Of a stretch of DNA of 64,000 bases, positions 1-7,945 are shown piece by piece. Position 1 is the first letter of the stretch. Every line of letters begins with the position of its first letter. The position numbers were made by a program, and so were the translations under genes. Source of the DNA: an uncultured Rhodothermaceae bacterium (GTDB lineage Bacteria; Bacteroidota; Rhodothermia; Rhodothermales; ISCAR-4553); assembly GCA_964552015.1 (NCBI GenBank), contig CAZKFR010000002.1:25931-89930 (forward strand). The letters are read 5' to 3'. Below the pieces are notes generated by a model, which saw only the letters and a program-made list of their open reading frames with translations, did not search any database and was not told the DNA's origin.

Positions 1-1
1 G

Positions 2-694
2 GTGGTCGTGGTGGCCCTTCTGGTGGTGCTCTGGCAGTGGTATCGCCCCACGCTCGTGACCGTCCCGTACGGTGCCGTCGAGACCATCGTGCTGCCGGAT
101 GGATCGTACGTAACCCTGGGGAGCGGCTCGCAATTGCGTTACCGGCCGTTTGCCGGACGCAGCGTGCGCCGGGTGGTGCTCACGGGCGAAGCGTTCTTCA
201 TGGTGGTGCCGGCCGACAAGCCGTTCGTCGTGGAGACGTTCAACGCGCGGGTGACCTCGGGCGCGGCGCGGTTCAATGTGCGGGCGTGGCCGGAGGACCT
301 GGCGCCCGAGACGGCGGTGGCGGTGGAGAGGGGGCGCGTGGACGTGGCTGCCCGGCGCGCCGAGGGGGCGGTTACGCTGGCGGCGGGACAAGTGACGCGC
401 GTCCCGAAGGGACAGGCGCCGGGCGCGCCCGGGGTGCCGCGCGAGGAGCGGCCGCTGATATGGCGGGAAGGCGGCCTCTCGTTCGCCGATCAGCCGCTGG
501 CCGACGTGCTGCACAGCCTGGAGCGTCGCTATGCCGCCGAGCTGAAGGTAGCACCCGAGGTGGCCGAGCGTCCGGTAACGTACGTGAACCCCTTTCCGGC
601 TTCGCTCGAAGACGTGCTCAGCGACCTCTGCTTTGCGCTGGGTCTGCACTACCGGCGCCTCCCGGCCGGCGGCTTCGAGATCACCCCACCCTGA
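2..694 (+). CDS. FecR-family anti-sigma/sensor protein, 5'-truncated by the window edge
   Basis: The ORF runs off the left edge. It has an N-terminal TM-like segment (VVVALLVVLWQWY), then a FecR-like periplasmic region, then a C-terminal LSFADQPLADVLHSLERRY..LGLHY segment typical of FecR C-termini. Family assignment is by recall only. Confidence 0.65.
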   Translation: MVVVALLVVLWQWYRPTLVTVPYGAVETIVLPDGSYVTLGSGSQLRYRPFAGRSVRRVVLTGEAFFMVVPADKPFVVETFNARVTSGAARFNVRAWPEDLAPETAVAVERGRVDVAARRAEGAVTLAAGQVTRVPKGQAPGAPGVPREERPLIWREGGLSFADQPLADVLHSLERRYAAELKVAPEVAERPVTYVNPFPASLEDVLSDLCFALGLHYRRLPAGGFEITPP

Positions 695-732
695 CCCCCG
701 GCTACGGGCGTGTCAATGACCCGGTCCTGTTC

Positions 733-1608
733 ATGGAGGGTTCGGCGCAGAAGGTACTCTGGCCCGGCGACGGCCTCACGCGGGCCGATCTGATCGCTTA
801 CTACGAGGCCGTTGCGCCGTTCATGCTGCCGTATCTGAAGGACCGCCCGGTCACGGTCGAGGTGTTTCCCGATGGCATCGGCGGCACCCGCTTCTTCCGG
901 CGCTGGCGTCCCGACGACGCGCCGGACTGGATGCGCTCGGTGCCGTACCAGCCGGTCACCGTGCCGGAGCCTCGTTCCCTGATCCTGATCGACGACCTGC
1001 GCGGGCTGCGGTGGTGGGTCGAACGGGGGGCCATCGCATTTCACACCTGGGCGTGCCGGCTGCCCGACGTGGATCACCCGGATCAGGCGATCTTTGACCT
1101 CGATCCCGGCCGGGGAGCCGATTTCGAGGCGGTGCTGGCGGCTGCCCTCGTGCTCCGGGACTGGCTCCATCGGCAGGGGCTCGAAGGCTACGCCCGTACG
1201 AGCGGCGGGCAGGGGATGCACGTCGTGGTGCCGCTCCACCCCGTGCATTCCTTCGACCAGGTCCGCGCCTGGGTAAAACGGGTTGCCGAGGACCTGGCAA
1301 GCACGCACGAGGACCTCATGGCCGTGGCCCACGGGGCCACCCACCGGGGCGACCGGGTGACGATCGACCACGCGCAGAACAGTGTGGGGCGCAACACGGC
1401 CACGACGTACACGGTGCGGGGCCTGCCCGGTGCGCCGGTCGCCGCCCCCGTGACCTGGCGCGAGGTGGCCGCGCATCGCCTGCGGCCCGGCCGCTTCACC
1501 CTCCGCACGATGCCGGCCCGTCTCCGCCGCCGGGGCGACGTGTGGGCCGCGATGCACACCCGCGCCTTCAACGTGCCGGATCTGGCCCGAGGGCACGCCG
1601 CACCTTAA
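733..1608 (+). CDS. Stand-alone LigD polymerase (primase-polymerase) domain protein, NHEJ-type
   Basis: The first in-frame ATG after the FecR stop is at 733. The 291-aa product carries LigD-Pol hallmarks: DRPVTVEVFPDG, AIFDLDP, TSGGQGMHVVVPL, IDHAQN. No ligase or nuclease domain is fused and no Ku gene is in the window. Confidence 0.8.
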   Translation: MEGSAQKVLWPGDGLTRADLIAYYEAVAPFMLPYLKDRPVTVEVFPDGIGGTRFFRRWRPDDAPDWMRSVPYQPVTVPEPRSLILIDDLRGLRWWVERGAIAFHTWACRLPDVDHPDQAIFDLDPGRGADFEAVLAAALVLRDWLHRQGLEGYARTSGGQGMHVVVPLHPVHSFDQVRAWVKRVAEDLASTHEDLMAVAHGATHRGDRVTIDHAQNSVGRNTATTYTVRGLPGAPVAAPVTWREVAAHRLRPGRFTLRTMPARLRRRGDVWAAMHTRAFNVPDLARGHAAP

Positions 1609-1683
1609 CGCGACAGGTCCAGGTTGCTCATCTCGTAGGGCCGGCGGAAGAGCTCGTCGATGAAGGCGATGGCCTCGCCGGTG
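1597..1683. repeat. Direct repeat copy A, a duplicated carB 3' end plus stop region
   Basis: By eye, 1603-1650 matches 2431-2478 (46/48) and 1651-1683 matches 2491-2523 (33/33). Copy B has 12 extra nt (2479-2490). Weaker similarity extends about 6 nt further left. Confidence 0.9.
1605..1683 (-). pseudogene. carB 3'-terminal remnant encoding ..[24 protein letters not shown]
   Basis: The minus-strand translation matches the last ~30 residues of the intact CarB (..[28 protein letters not shown]), minus 4 residues. There is no upstream carB body. Track ORF 1605..1838 is an out-of-frame fusion into hepT. Confidence 0.75.
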
Positions 1684-1690
1684 AGCGCGC

Positions 1691-2023
1691 TCACCGGAGG
1701 AAATGCTCCAGTTCTCGGATCAAATCCGGCAATTCCTGATCCACGGTGGCCCAGACGATGTCGAGATCGACGTCGAAGTAGCCATGCACCAGGCGGTTTC
1801 GCATCCCCACGATGGCTGCCCAGGGAATGGAGGGACACGCGGCCCGTGCTTCGGAGGTGACCCGTGAAGCGGCTTCCCCGATGATCTCGATCGATTTGAG
1901 GAGCGCCAGGACGAGCATGCGGTTGCCGTCGAGGTCGGACCGGGCGTATCCTTTCACGAACGTACGTGCTTCGCGGGCGGCCTCCAGCATGTGCCGAAGC
2001 CGTATCTCATCCTGTGGCGTCAT
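1691..2023 (-). CDS. hepT: HepT (DUF86/HEPN) toxin of a HepT-MntA type II/VII toxin-antitoxin pair
   Basis: The 110-aa product has the HEPN RX4HXY motif (RNRLVHGY) near the C-terminus. It overlaps the upstream nucleotidyltransferase gene by 17 nt. Confidence 0.85.
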   Translation of the reverse strand: MTPQDEIRLRHMLEAAREARTFVKGYARSDLDGNRMLVLALLKSIEIIGEAASRVTSEARAACPSIPWAAIVGMRNRLVHGYFDVDLDIVWATVDQELPDLIRELEHFLR

Positions 2024-2309
2024 AGAGCACCCTGGCTTCCGCCCGAACGACCTCGCGGAACCACGGACTAAGGTCCTTCGGCGTACGCAGATCCACCCGG
2101 CGTCCGACCACCTCGGACAGGGCCTGCTCGATCACCGAGAGGCCGATGAAGCCGGGCACGTGGTCCGGGTCGAATTCGACGAGCAAGTCCAGGTCGCTGT
2201 CGGGGCCGGCGGTGCCGTGAAGCACCGACCCGAACAGCGAGAGCCGGATGATGTGATGCCGGCGGCAGAACCGGGCGAGGGCATCGCGCGAGAGCGGGAA
2301 CGGGGACAT
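2007..2309 (-). CDS. mntA: MntA minimal nucleotidyltransferase antitoxin
   Basis: The 100-aa product has the GSx(n)DxD nucleotidyltransferase motif (LFGSVLHGTAGPDSDLDLLVEF). It lies upstream of and overlaps hepT. Confidence 0.85.
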   Translation of the reverse strand: MSPFPLSRDALARFCRRHHIIRLSLFGSVLHGTAGPDSDLDLLVEFDPDHVPGFIGLSVIEQALSEVVGRRVDLRTPKDLSPWFREVVRAEARVLYDATG

Positions 2310-2424
2310 GGCTCGCAGGATCAGGTCCCCATTCCAACGCCCCTGCCGGGTACAGGTTGCCCGGGGCCAACGACGAAGGCCCGAGGAACGGCGGGTTGCG
2401 CTCGTCCCTCGATCGGTCCATGTT

Positions 2425-2523
2425 GCCGTGCCTTAACGCGACAGGTACAGGTTGCGCATCTCGTAGGGCCGGCGGAAGTGCTCGTCGGTCAGCTCGTCGA
2501 TGAAGGCGATGGCCTCGCCGGTG
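2425..2523. repeat. Direct repeat copy B, the functional 3' end of carB
   Basis: Partner of 1597-1683 (see that feature). It lies within and just beyond the carB stop codon (TTAA at 2433-2436). Confidence 0.9.
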
Positions 2524-5261
2524 GACTTCATCTCCGGGCCGAGCTCTTTGGGCACCTCGGGGAACTTGTCCCACGAGAAGACCGGCTCCTTGATGGCGAA
2601 GCCGCGCAGCTTCGACTCCAGCAGTCCCTGTTCGCGGAACGCGGCGAGCTTGTGGCCGAGCATCACCTTCGTGGCGATGTTCGAGATGGGGATGCCGGTG
2701 GCTTTGGCCACGAACGGCACCGTCCGCGAGGCACGGGGGTTGGCCTCGATCACGTAGACCACCTCGTCCTTGATGACCATCTGCACGTTGATCAGGCCGA
2801 CGACCTCCAGGCGCCGGGCGATCTCGGTGACGTAGCGCCGGATGGTCTGCTGCACAGTGTGCGAGAGGGAGTAAGGCGGGAGGACGGCCGTCGAGTCGCC
2901 CGAGTGCACGCCGGCGGGCTCGATGTGCTGCATGATGCCGGCGATCCAGACCTCCTCGCCGTCCGAGATGGCGTCCACGTCCACCTCGATGCCGTTTTCA
3001 AGGAAGAGGTCGAGCAGGATCTGGTTCTCCGGCAGCAGCTTGTGGATCATGCGTACGTAGCGGGCCACCTCGTCGCGGTTGATGGCGATGCGCATGCCCT
3101 GGCCGCCGAGCACGTAGCTGGGCCGCACCAGGATCGGGTAGCCGATGCGCTCGGCCACCTCGGCGGCTTCGGCCGCATCGTAGGCCACGCCGTAGGGCGG
3201 GTAGGGGATCTCCAGCTCCTTGAGCACGTCGGAGAACTTGCCGCGGTCCTCGGCCAGGTCCATGTGCTCGTAGGAGGTGCCGAAGATGCGGATGCCGTGC
3301 TCGGCCAGGCGGCGGGCCAGCTTCAGGGCCGTCTGGCCGCCGAGCTGCACGATGACGCCCTCGGGCTGCTCGTGCTCGATGACGTTGAGGACGTGCTCCC
3401 AGAAGACCGGCTCGAAGTAGAGCTTGTCCGCCACGTCGAAGTCGGTCGAGACGGTCTCCGGGTTGCAGTTGATCATGAGGGCCTCGTAGCCCAGCTCGCG
3501 GGCGGCCAGCACGCCGTGCACGCACGAGTAGTCGAACTCGATGCCCTGCCCGATGCGGTTGGGGCCGCTGCCCAGGATGAGCACCTTCTTCCGGTCGGTG
3601 ACCTCGCTCTCGTTGGCCGTCTCGTAGGACGAATAGAAGTAGGGCGTCTGGGCGGGAAACTCGCCGGCGCAGGTGTCGACGAGCTGGTAGGTGGGCAGGA
3701 TGCCCAGGCGCTTGCGGTACGCACGGACGTCGTCTTCCGTCACGTCGTCCTGTACCAGATAGGCGATCTGGGCGTCGGAGAAGCCCATCCGCTTGACCTC
3801 GAACAGGAAGGCGCGGTCGAGCTGTTCGAGCCGCCGGCCGGCGATGGCTTCCTCCATACGCACCAGGTCCTGGATCTGATAGAGGAACCAGGGGTCGACG
3901 CGGGTGATGTCGGCCACCTCCTCGACCGATGCCCCGAGCTTGAAGGCGTTGCGGATCTGCAGGGTGCGGTCCCAGTACGGCTTCTTCAGGCGCTCGCGCA
4001 CCTCCTGGCGCGTGGCGTCCTCGCGGTCGGCACCCAGGCCGGCATAGCCGATCTCCAGGCTCTGCCAGGCCTTCTGGAGGCTCTCGGGGAACGTCCGGCC
4101 GATGGCCATGACCTCGCCGACGGCCTTCATCTGGGTGGTCAGCTCTTCGTCGACGCCCTCGAACTTGTCGAAATTCCAGCGGGGGATCTTGGTGACGACG
4201 TAGTCGATGGCGGGCTCGAAGCAGGCGCTGGTGGTGCCGGTGACGTCGTTGGGCAGCTCGTCGAGCGTGTAGCCGACGGCCAGGCGGGCGGCCACCTTGG
4301 CGATGGGGTAGCCGGTGGCCTTCGAGGCCAGGGCCGACGAGCGGCTCACGCGCGGGTTGATCTCGATGACGATCATCCGCCCCGTGGCGGGGTCGAAAGC
4401 GAACTGGATGTTGCACCCGCCGGCGAAGGTGCCGATGGAGCGCATGGCCCGGATGGCCGCATCGCGCATCCGCTGGAACTGCTTGTCGGTGAGCGTCTGC
4501 GCCGGCGCCACCGTCACCGAGTCGCCGGTGTGCACGCCCATCGGATCCACGTTCTCGATGGAGCAGATGATGATGACGTTGTCGTTGGCGTCGCGCAGCA
4601 GCTCCAGCTCGTATTCCTTCCACCCGAAGAGGCACTCTTCGATGAGCACCTGGTGCACGGGCGACATCTCCAGGCCACGCGTGACCTTGCGGTCGAACTC
4701 GTCAGGGGTCCAGACGATGCCGCCGCCGGTGCCTCCAAGGGTGAACGAGGGGCGGATGACCACCGGCAGGCCGCCGAGCTCCTGTGCGATCTCTTTGGCT
4801 TCGAGGAGGCTCCGGGCGGTCCGGCTGCGGGCCTGGTCCAGCCCGATCTCCTCCATCAGGTCGCGGAAACGCTGGCGATCCTCGGTGATGTGGATGGCGT
4901 CGATGTCTACCCCGATGACCTCGATGCCCTGGCTTTCCCAGAAGCCTTCCTGGTGGAGCCGGTCGGCCAGGTTGAGGGCCGTCTGCCCGCCCATGGTGGG
5001 GAGCACGGCGTCCGGCTTCTCTTTGGCCACGATCTCTTTGATGGAGCGGGGGGTGAGTTCCTGCAGGTAAATCTTGTCCGCCGTGACCGGGTCGGTCATG
5101 ATGGTGGCGGGGTTCGAGTTGACCAGGATGACCTCATAACCCTCGGCCCGGAGGGCACGAGCGGCCTGGCTGCCGCTGTAGTCGAATTCGCAGGCCTGCC
5201 CGATGACGATCGGGCCGGAGCCGATGAGCAGGATTTTCTTGATGTCGGTGCGCTTGGGCAT
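2433..5261 (-). CDS. carB: Carbamoyl-phosphate synthase large subunit
   Basis: The 942-aa product starts [33 protein letters not shown]. It has two ATP-grasp halves (the second at [24 protein letters not shown]). ATG at 5261. Confidence 0.97.
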   Translation of the reverse strand: MPKRTDIKKILLIGSGPIVIGQACEFDYSGSQAARALRAEGYEVILVNSNPATIMTDPVTADKIYLQELTPRSIKEIVAKEKPDAVLPTMGGQTALNLADRLHQEGFWESQGIEVIGVDIDAIHITEDRQRFRDLMEEIGLDQARSRTARSLLEAKEIAQELGGLPVVIRPSFTLGGTGGGIVWTPDEFDRKVTRGLEMSPVHQVLIEECLFGWKEYELELLRDANDNVIIICSIENVDPMGVHTGDSVTVAPAQTLTDKQFQRMRDAAIRAMRSIGTFAGGCNIQFAFDPATGRMIVIEINPRVSRSSALASKATGYPIAKVAARLAVGYTLDELPNDVTGTTSACFEPAIDYVVTKIPRWNFDKFEGVDEELTTQMKAVGEVMAIGRTFPESLQKAWQSLEIGYAGLGADREDATRQEVRERLKKPYWDRTLQIRNAFKLGASVEEVADITRVDPWFLYQIQDLVRMEEAIAGRRLEQLDRAFLFEVKRMGFSDAQIAYLVQDDVTEDDVRAYRKRLGILPTYQLVDTCAGEFPAQTPYFYSSYETANESEVTDRKKVLILGSGPNRIGQGIEFDYSCVHGVLAARELGYEALMINCNPETVSTDFDVADKLYFEPVFWEHVLNVIEHEQPEGVIVQLGGQTALKLARRLAEHGIRIFGTSYEHMDLAEDRGKFSDVLKELEIPYPPYGVAYDAAEAAEVAERIGYPILVRPSYVLGGQGMRIAINRDEVARYVRMIHKLLPENQILLDLFLENGIEVDVDAISDGEEVWIAGIMQHIEPAGVHSGDSTAVLPPYSLSHTVQQTIRRYVTEIARRLEVVGLINVQMVIKDEVVYVIEANPRASRTVPFVAKATGIPISNIATKVMLGHKLAAFREQGLLESKLRGFAIKEPVFSWDKFPEVPKELGPEMKSTGEAIAFIDELTDEHFRRPYEMRNLYLSR

Positions 5262-5287
5262 GACAGGGTGTCGGTTACAGGATGAAG

Positions 5288-5425
5288 TCAGGGATCGTGG
5301 CGGCGCTCGCGTCTACCCACAACGTTTCGAATGCGGTCATGGTCGTTGTCCCGGGGCCAGGTGCCGCCGGTCAGGGCCAGGGTGCGCTCGTGCAGCTCCC
5401 AGGCCACCTCCAGCGGCCGTTTCAT
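5288..5425 (-). CDS. Small hypothetical ORF in the carA-carB spacer (45 aa from ATG 5425; alternative 65 aa from ATG 5485)
   Basis: Third-codon positions are almost all G/C from about codon 21 onward (ctg gag gtg gcc tgg gag ctg cac gag cgc acc ctg...), matching real genes in this window. No family is recognised. Confidence 0.35.
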   Translation of the reverse strand: MKRPLEVAWELHERTLALTGGTWPRDNDHDRIRNVVGRRERRHDP

Positions 5426-5512
5426 GCGGGACTGCCCGACCTGCTTCCGAATTCGTCCTCTCGGGTCGTCTGGTGCATCCTTCATAGACCATCACTCGTC
5501 ATTCGATACTCG

Positions 5513-6658
5513 TCACCCGGCCTTGACGCGGACGCCGCGGACCTCGGCGATGTCGCGGAGGAAGACGTCGAAGAGGTAGCGGCTGTCGTGCGGCCCCGGC
5601 GAGGCTTCGGGGTGGTACTGCACCGAGAGGCCCACGAACGTCTTGTACCGCAGGCCCTCGACGGTCCGGTCATTCAGGTTTACGTGCGTCCAGACGACTT
5701 TCTCCTCATCGAGCGAGGCGGGGTCGACGGCGAAGCCGTGGTTCTGCGTGGTTACCTCCACACGGCCCGTCTGGAGGTTCTTCACCGGGTGGTTGGCGCC
5801 CCGGTGCCCGACGAACATCTTGTAGACCTTCAGGCCCTGCGCCAGCGCCATGAGCTGGTGCCCCAGGCAGATGCCAAAGAGCGGCAGCCCGGTTTCCATG
5901 GCGCGGCGGGCCGTCTCGACGGCCTCCGGCATGGCGCGGGGGTCGCCCGGGCCGTTCGAGAAGAAGAGGCCATCCGGGTTCCAGGTGAGCACCGCCTCCA
6001 GCGGCGTCGAGGCCGGGAAGACCCGCACACGGCACCCGCGTTCGGCAAAGGACTGGAGGATGTTCCGCTTGACGCCGTAGTCGTAGACGGCGATGCGGGG
6101 GCCTTCGCCCAGGCTGAAGTCATACGGTGCGTCGCAGGTGACCCGCGAGGCCAGTTCCAGCCCTTCCATCGAAGGCCAGTTGCGGGCTTTTTCCACCAGG
6201 CTCTCCTCGTCCAGATCGACCGACGAGATGACGGCGTTCATGACCCCTTTGGCGCGGATGTGCCGCACGAGCCGCCGTGTGTCGACGCCGGAGATGCCCA
6301 CGAGCCGGTGGCGGCGCATGAAACGCTCGAGCGACTCGTCGGCGAGCTGGTTCGAATACCGGTGTGAGAACGCACGTACCACCAGCCCGGCGATCATCGG
6401 GCGCGGGGCTTCCATGTCGATGTCCATCGCACCGTAGTTGCCGATGTGGGGATAGGTCATCATCATGATCTGCCCGTAGTAGGAAGGGTCGGTCATGATC
6501 TCCTGATACCCCGTCATCGACGTGTTGAAGCAGAGTTCACCGCCCGTCTCACCGAGGTGGCCGATGGCGACGCCGGTGACGACGGTACCGTCGGCCAGGG
6601 CCAGCTTGCAGGGGTGCGAGGACGTTCCGTTCGAGCGAGGTTCGAAGGTCGGGTTCAT
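5513..6658 (-). CDS. carA: Carbamoyl-phosphate synthase small (glutaminase) subunit
   Basis: The 381-aa product carries CarA motifs and a class-I glutamine amidotransferase domain with catalytic Cys context (LFGICLGHQL). Confidence 0.97.
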   Translation of the reverse strand: MNPTFEPRSNGTSSHPCKLALADGTVVTGVAIGHLGETGGELCFNTSMTGYQEIMTDPSYYGQIMMMTYPHIGNYGAMDIDMEAPRPMIAGLVVRAFSHRYSNQLADESLERFMRRHRLVGISGVDTRRLVRHIRAKGVMNAVISSVDLDEESLVEKARNWPSMEGLELASRVTCDAPYDFSLGEGPRIAVYDYGVKRNILQSFAERGCRVRVFPASTPLEAVLTWNPDGLFFSNGPGDPRAMPEAVETARRAMETGLPLFGICLGHQLMALAQGLKVYKMFVGHRGANHPVKNLQTGRVEVTTQNHGFAVDPASLDEEKVVWTHVNLNDRTVEGLRYKTFVGLSVQYHPEASPGPHDSRYLFDVFLRDIAEVRGVRVKAG

Positions 6659-6864
6659 GCGGCAACGGGTTCAGCAGGTACCGGTGTGGACGACACGTTC
6701 AGAAACGACACGAATGGAACCGCTTCGGCAAAAAAAAACCCTCCCGGAGCACCGGGAAGGTCGTGCAGAGCGCGTACGGGAATCGGTATGGGGACAGCCG
6801 GGAGGATGGTTCCAGTCGCGGGTTGGTCCGTTCGGTCGGATAAGGTAAAAACGAGGGTATTCAT
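6655..6864 (-). promoter_or_regulatory. Candidate carA leader ORF (69 codons, MNTLVFTLSDRTDQ...), spanning the terminator and ending in an ATGA overlap with the carA ATG
   Basis: The frame is open from ATG 6864 (also from ATG 6918) to TGA at 6655-6657, which overlaps the carA ATG (6656-6658). The hairpin and U-tract encode ..LPGAPGGFFF.. The frame is also open far upstream as antisense of tonB, so openness alone is weak evidence. Confidence 0.3.
6730..6760 (-). terminator. Intrinsic-terminator-like hairpin plus U9, 72 nt upstream of the carA start codon (candidate attenuator)
   Basis: The minus strand reads CCTTCCCGG-UGCU-CCGGGAGGG followed by TTTTTTTTT. That is a 9-bp stem (one G-U pair), a 4-nt loop and nine U. 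Confidence 0.6.
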
Positions 6865-7245
6865 GGGTTCGGCGATGCGCGGCACGGGCGAGCCTAAAAA
6901 AGTTAGGCAGACGTGCATCGACGCATTAGCCCGAAAGATACGATGCAGGCGGTCCGCACACAAGGGGTTGACACGGCTTTCACGATGGTCCGGAAAGTAT
7001 TCGAGGCTCCTTGAACGCACGGAAAAGCCCGGGTTCGGTGGAAAAAGCCCGGTGTGGGGGGCGATGGCTTCAGATCGATGAACCGGGGTCGGTCGTGGGG
7101 GTTGAAGAAGCGCTACCCGGATGACGGCTCGTTGCCGGAGGCGCACGGGTGGCGCCCTGAATTCGGCATCCGGCCCCTTTTTTCGGGATTCGCCGGTGCC
7201 GGGGTCGTACGATCTCATCCTGACCGGAACGCGGTACGTCTCGTC

Positions 7246-7941
7246 ATGTCTCCCGGGCGACTGGAAAAGAAGGACCGGCAGCAGGCCTATGTCCTGCGCA
7301 TGATGGCCGCGCTGGCCGCCAGCCTGGCGCTGGTGACGGCGGTGGTCCGGTGGTGGCCGCCCCCGGGCGAGCCGGACCTCTCCGGCCGCATCTATGACGT
7401 GCGGGGACAGGAGGTGATCGCGATGGAAGAGATCGTGCCGACGCAGCAACGCCTTCAGCGTCCCCCCCCTCCGGCCCCGCTGATTCCGATCGTGGTGCCG
7501 GACGAGGTCGTGCTGGACGATTACGACCTGGAGGTGCGGGACAACTTTCTCCCGGTCGACGACCCCGGCGAGGATGCCCGATCGGTCGAAGGCGCGGCGG
7601 AGGGGCCGGAGCGGACCACGGCGGCGGCCTCCGTCGGGCCGAAGCCGGTGCGCATCGTGGAGCCCGAATACACGAAGGAGGCGCGCAAGAAGAACGTGCG
7701 GGCCGAGGTGGTGATCGAGGTGCTGGTCAACGAACGGGGGCGCGTGGAGCAGGCCCGTATCCTCGAGCGCTATCGGCTCGGGGAGAAGCCGGAGGACCCG
7801 AAGGAGCCGGTGGCACACCTCGAGCACGGTCTGGAGGAGGCGGCCCTGGCGGCGGCGCGCGGGTGGCTCTTCCGCCCGGCCCGCGAAGGCGGGAAGCCCG
7901 TCCGTAGCTACTTTACCTTCACCCTTCGTTTTGGCATCTGA
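7246..7941 (+). CDS. tonB: TonB-family energy transducer
   Basis: It has an N-terminal TM anchor (AALAASLALVTAVV), a Pro-rich spacer (RPPPPAPLIPIVVP) and a C-terminal TonB domain (PVRIVEPEYTKEARKKNVRAEVVIEVLVNERGRV...GKPV). ATG at 7246 was chosen; the track ORF extends upstream. Confidence 0.8.
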   Translation: MSPGRLEKKDRQQAYVLRMMAALAASLALVTAVVRWWPPPGEPDLSGRIYDVRGQEVIAMEEIVPTQQRLQRPPPPAPLIPIVVPDEVVLDDYDLEVRDNFLPVDDPGEDARSVEGAAEGPERTTAAASVGPKPVRIVEPEYTKEARKKNVRAEVVIEVLVNERGRVEQARILERYRLGEKPEDPKEPVAHLEHGLEEAALAAARGWLFRPAREGGKPVRSYFTFTLRFGI

Positions 7942-7945
7942 CGCT

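Noticed and set aside
1605-1838. 77-aa minus-strand ORF ending with a CarB-like C-terminus
   Set aside because: Only the last ~26 residues are CarB-like. The rest is an out-of-frame read through the hepT 3' region. It is best explained as a by-product of the carB-tail duplication, not a gene.
1597-2523. Integron gene cassette (TA modules are common integron cargo)
   Set aside because: No intI, no attI and no recognisable imperfect-palindrome attC structure. The flanking repeats are simply copies of the carB coding end.
1812-5285. 1157-aa plus-strand ORF covering the whole carB locus. Similar giants are 28255..32136 (-), 36437..37960 (-), 41540..42967 (-), 43741..45462 (-), 46016..48535 (+), 52461..54368 (+), the 56005..59181 part of 54316..59181 (-), and the 60694..62463 part of 60292..62463 (-).
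   Set aside because: All lie antisense to genes with unmistakable conserved products. Their translations are low-complexity Arg/Gly/Ala/Asp/His-rich strings. Stop codons are rare in any frame at this GC content. I treated them as shadow ORFs.
6761-7245. A housekeeping ncRNA (RNase P RNA, tmRNA, SRP RNA, 6S) or cobalamin riboswitch in the large carA/tonB intergenic region
   Set aside because: I looked on both strands for GGAAAGUCCGGGC-type P4 sequence, tmRNA ends, the SRP GGAA/AGCAG domain IV motif and a B12 box, and found none. A 6S-like or novel sRNA cannot be excluded by eye. The duplicated GGAAAAGCCCGG motif (7021-7052) is noted but unexplained.
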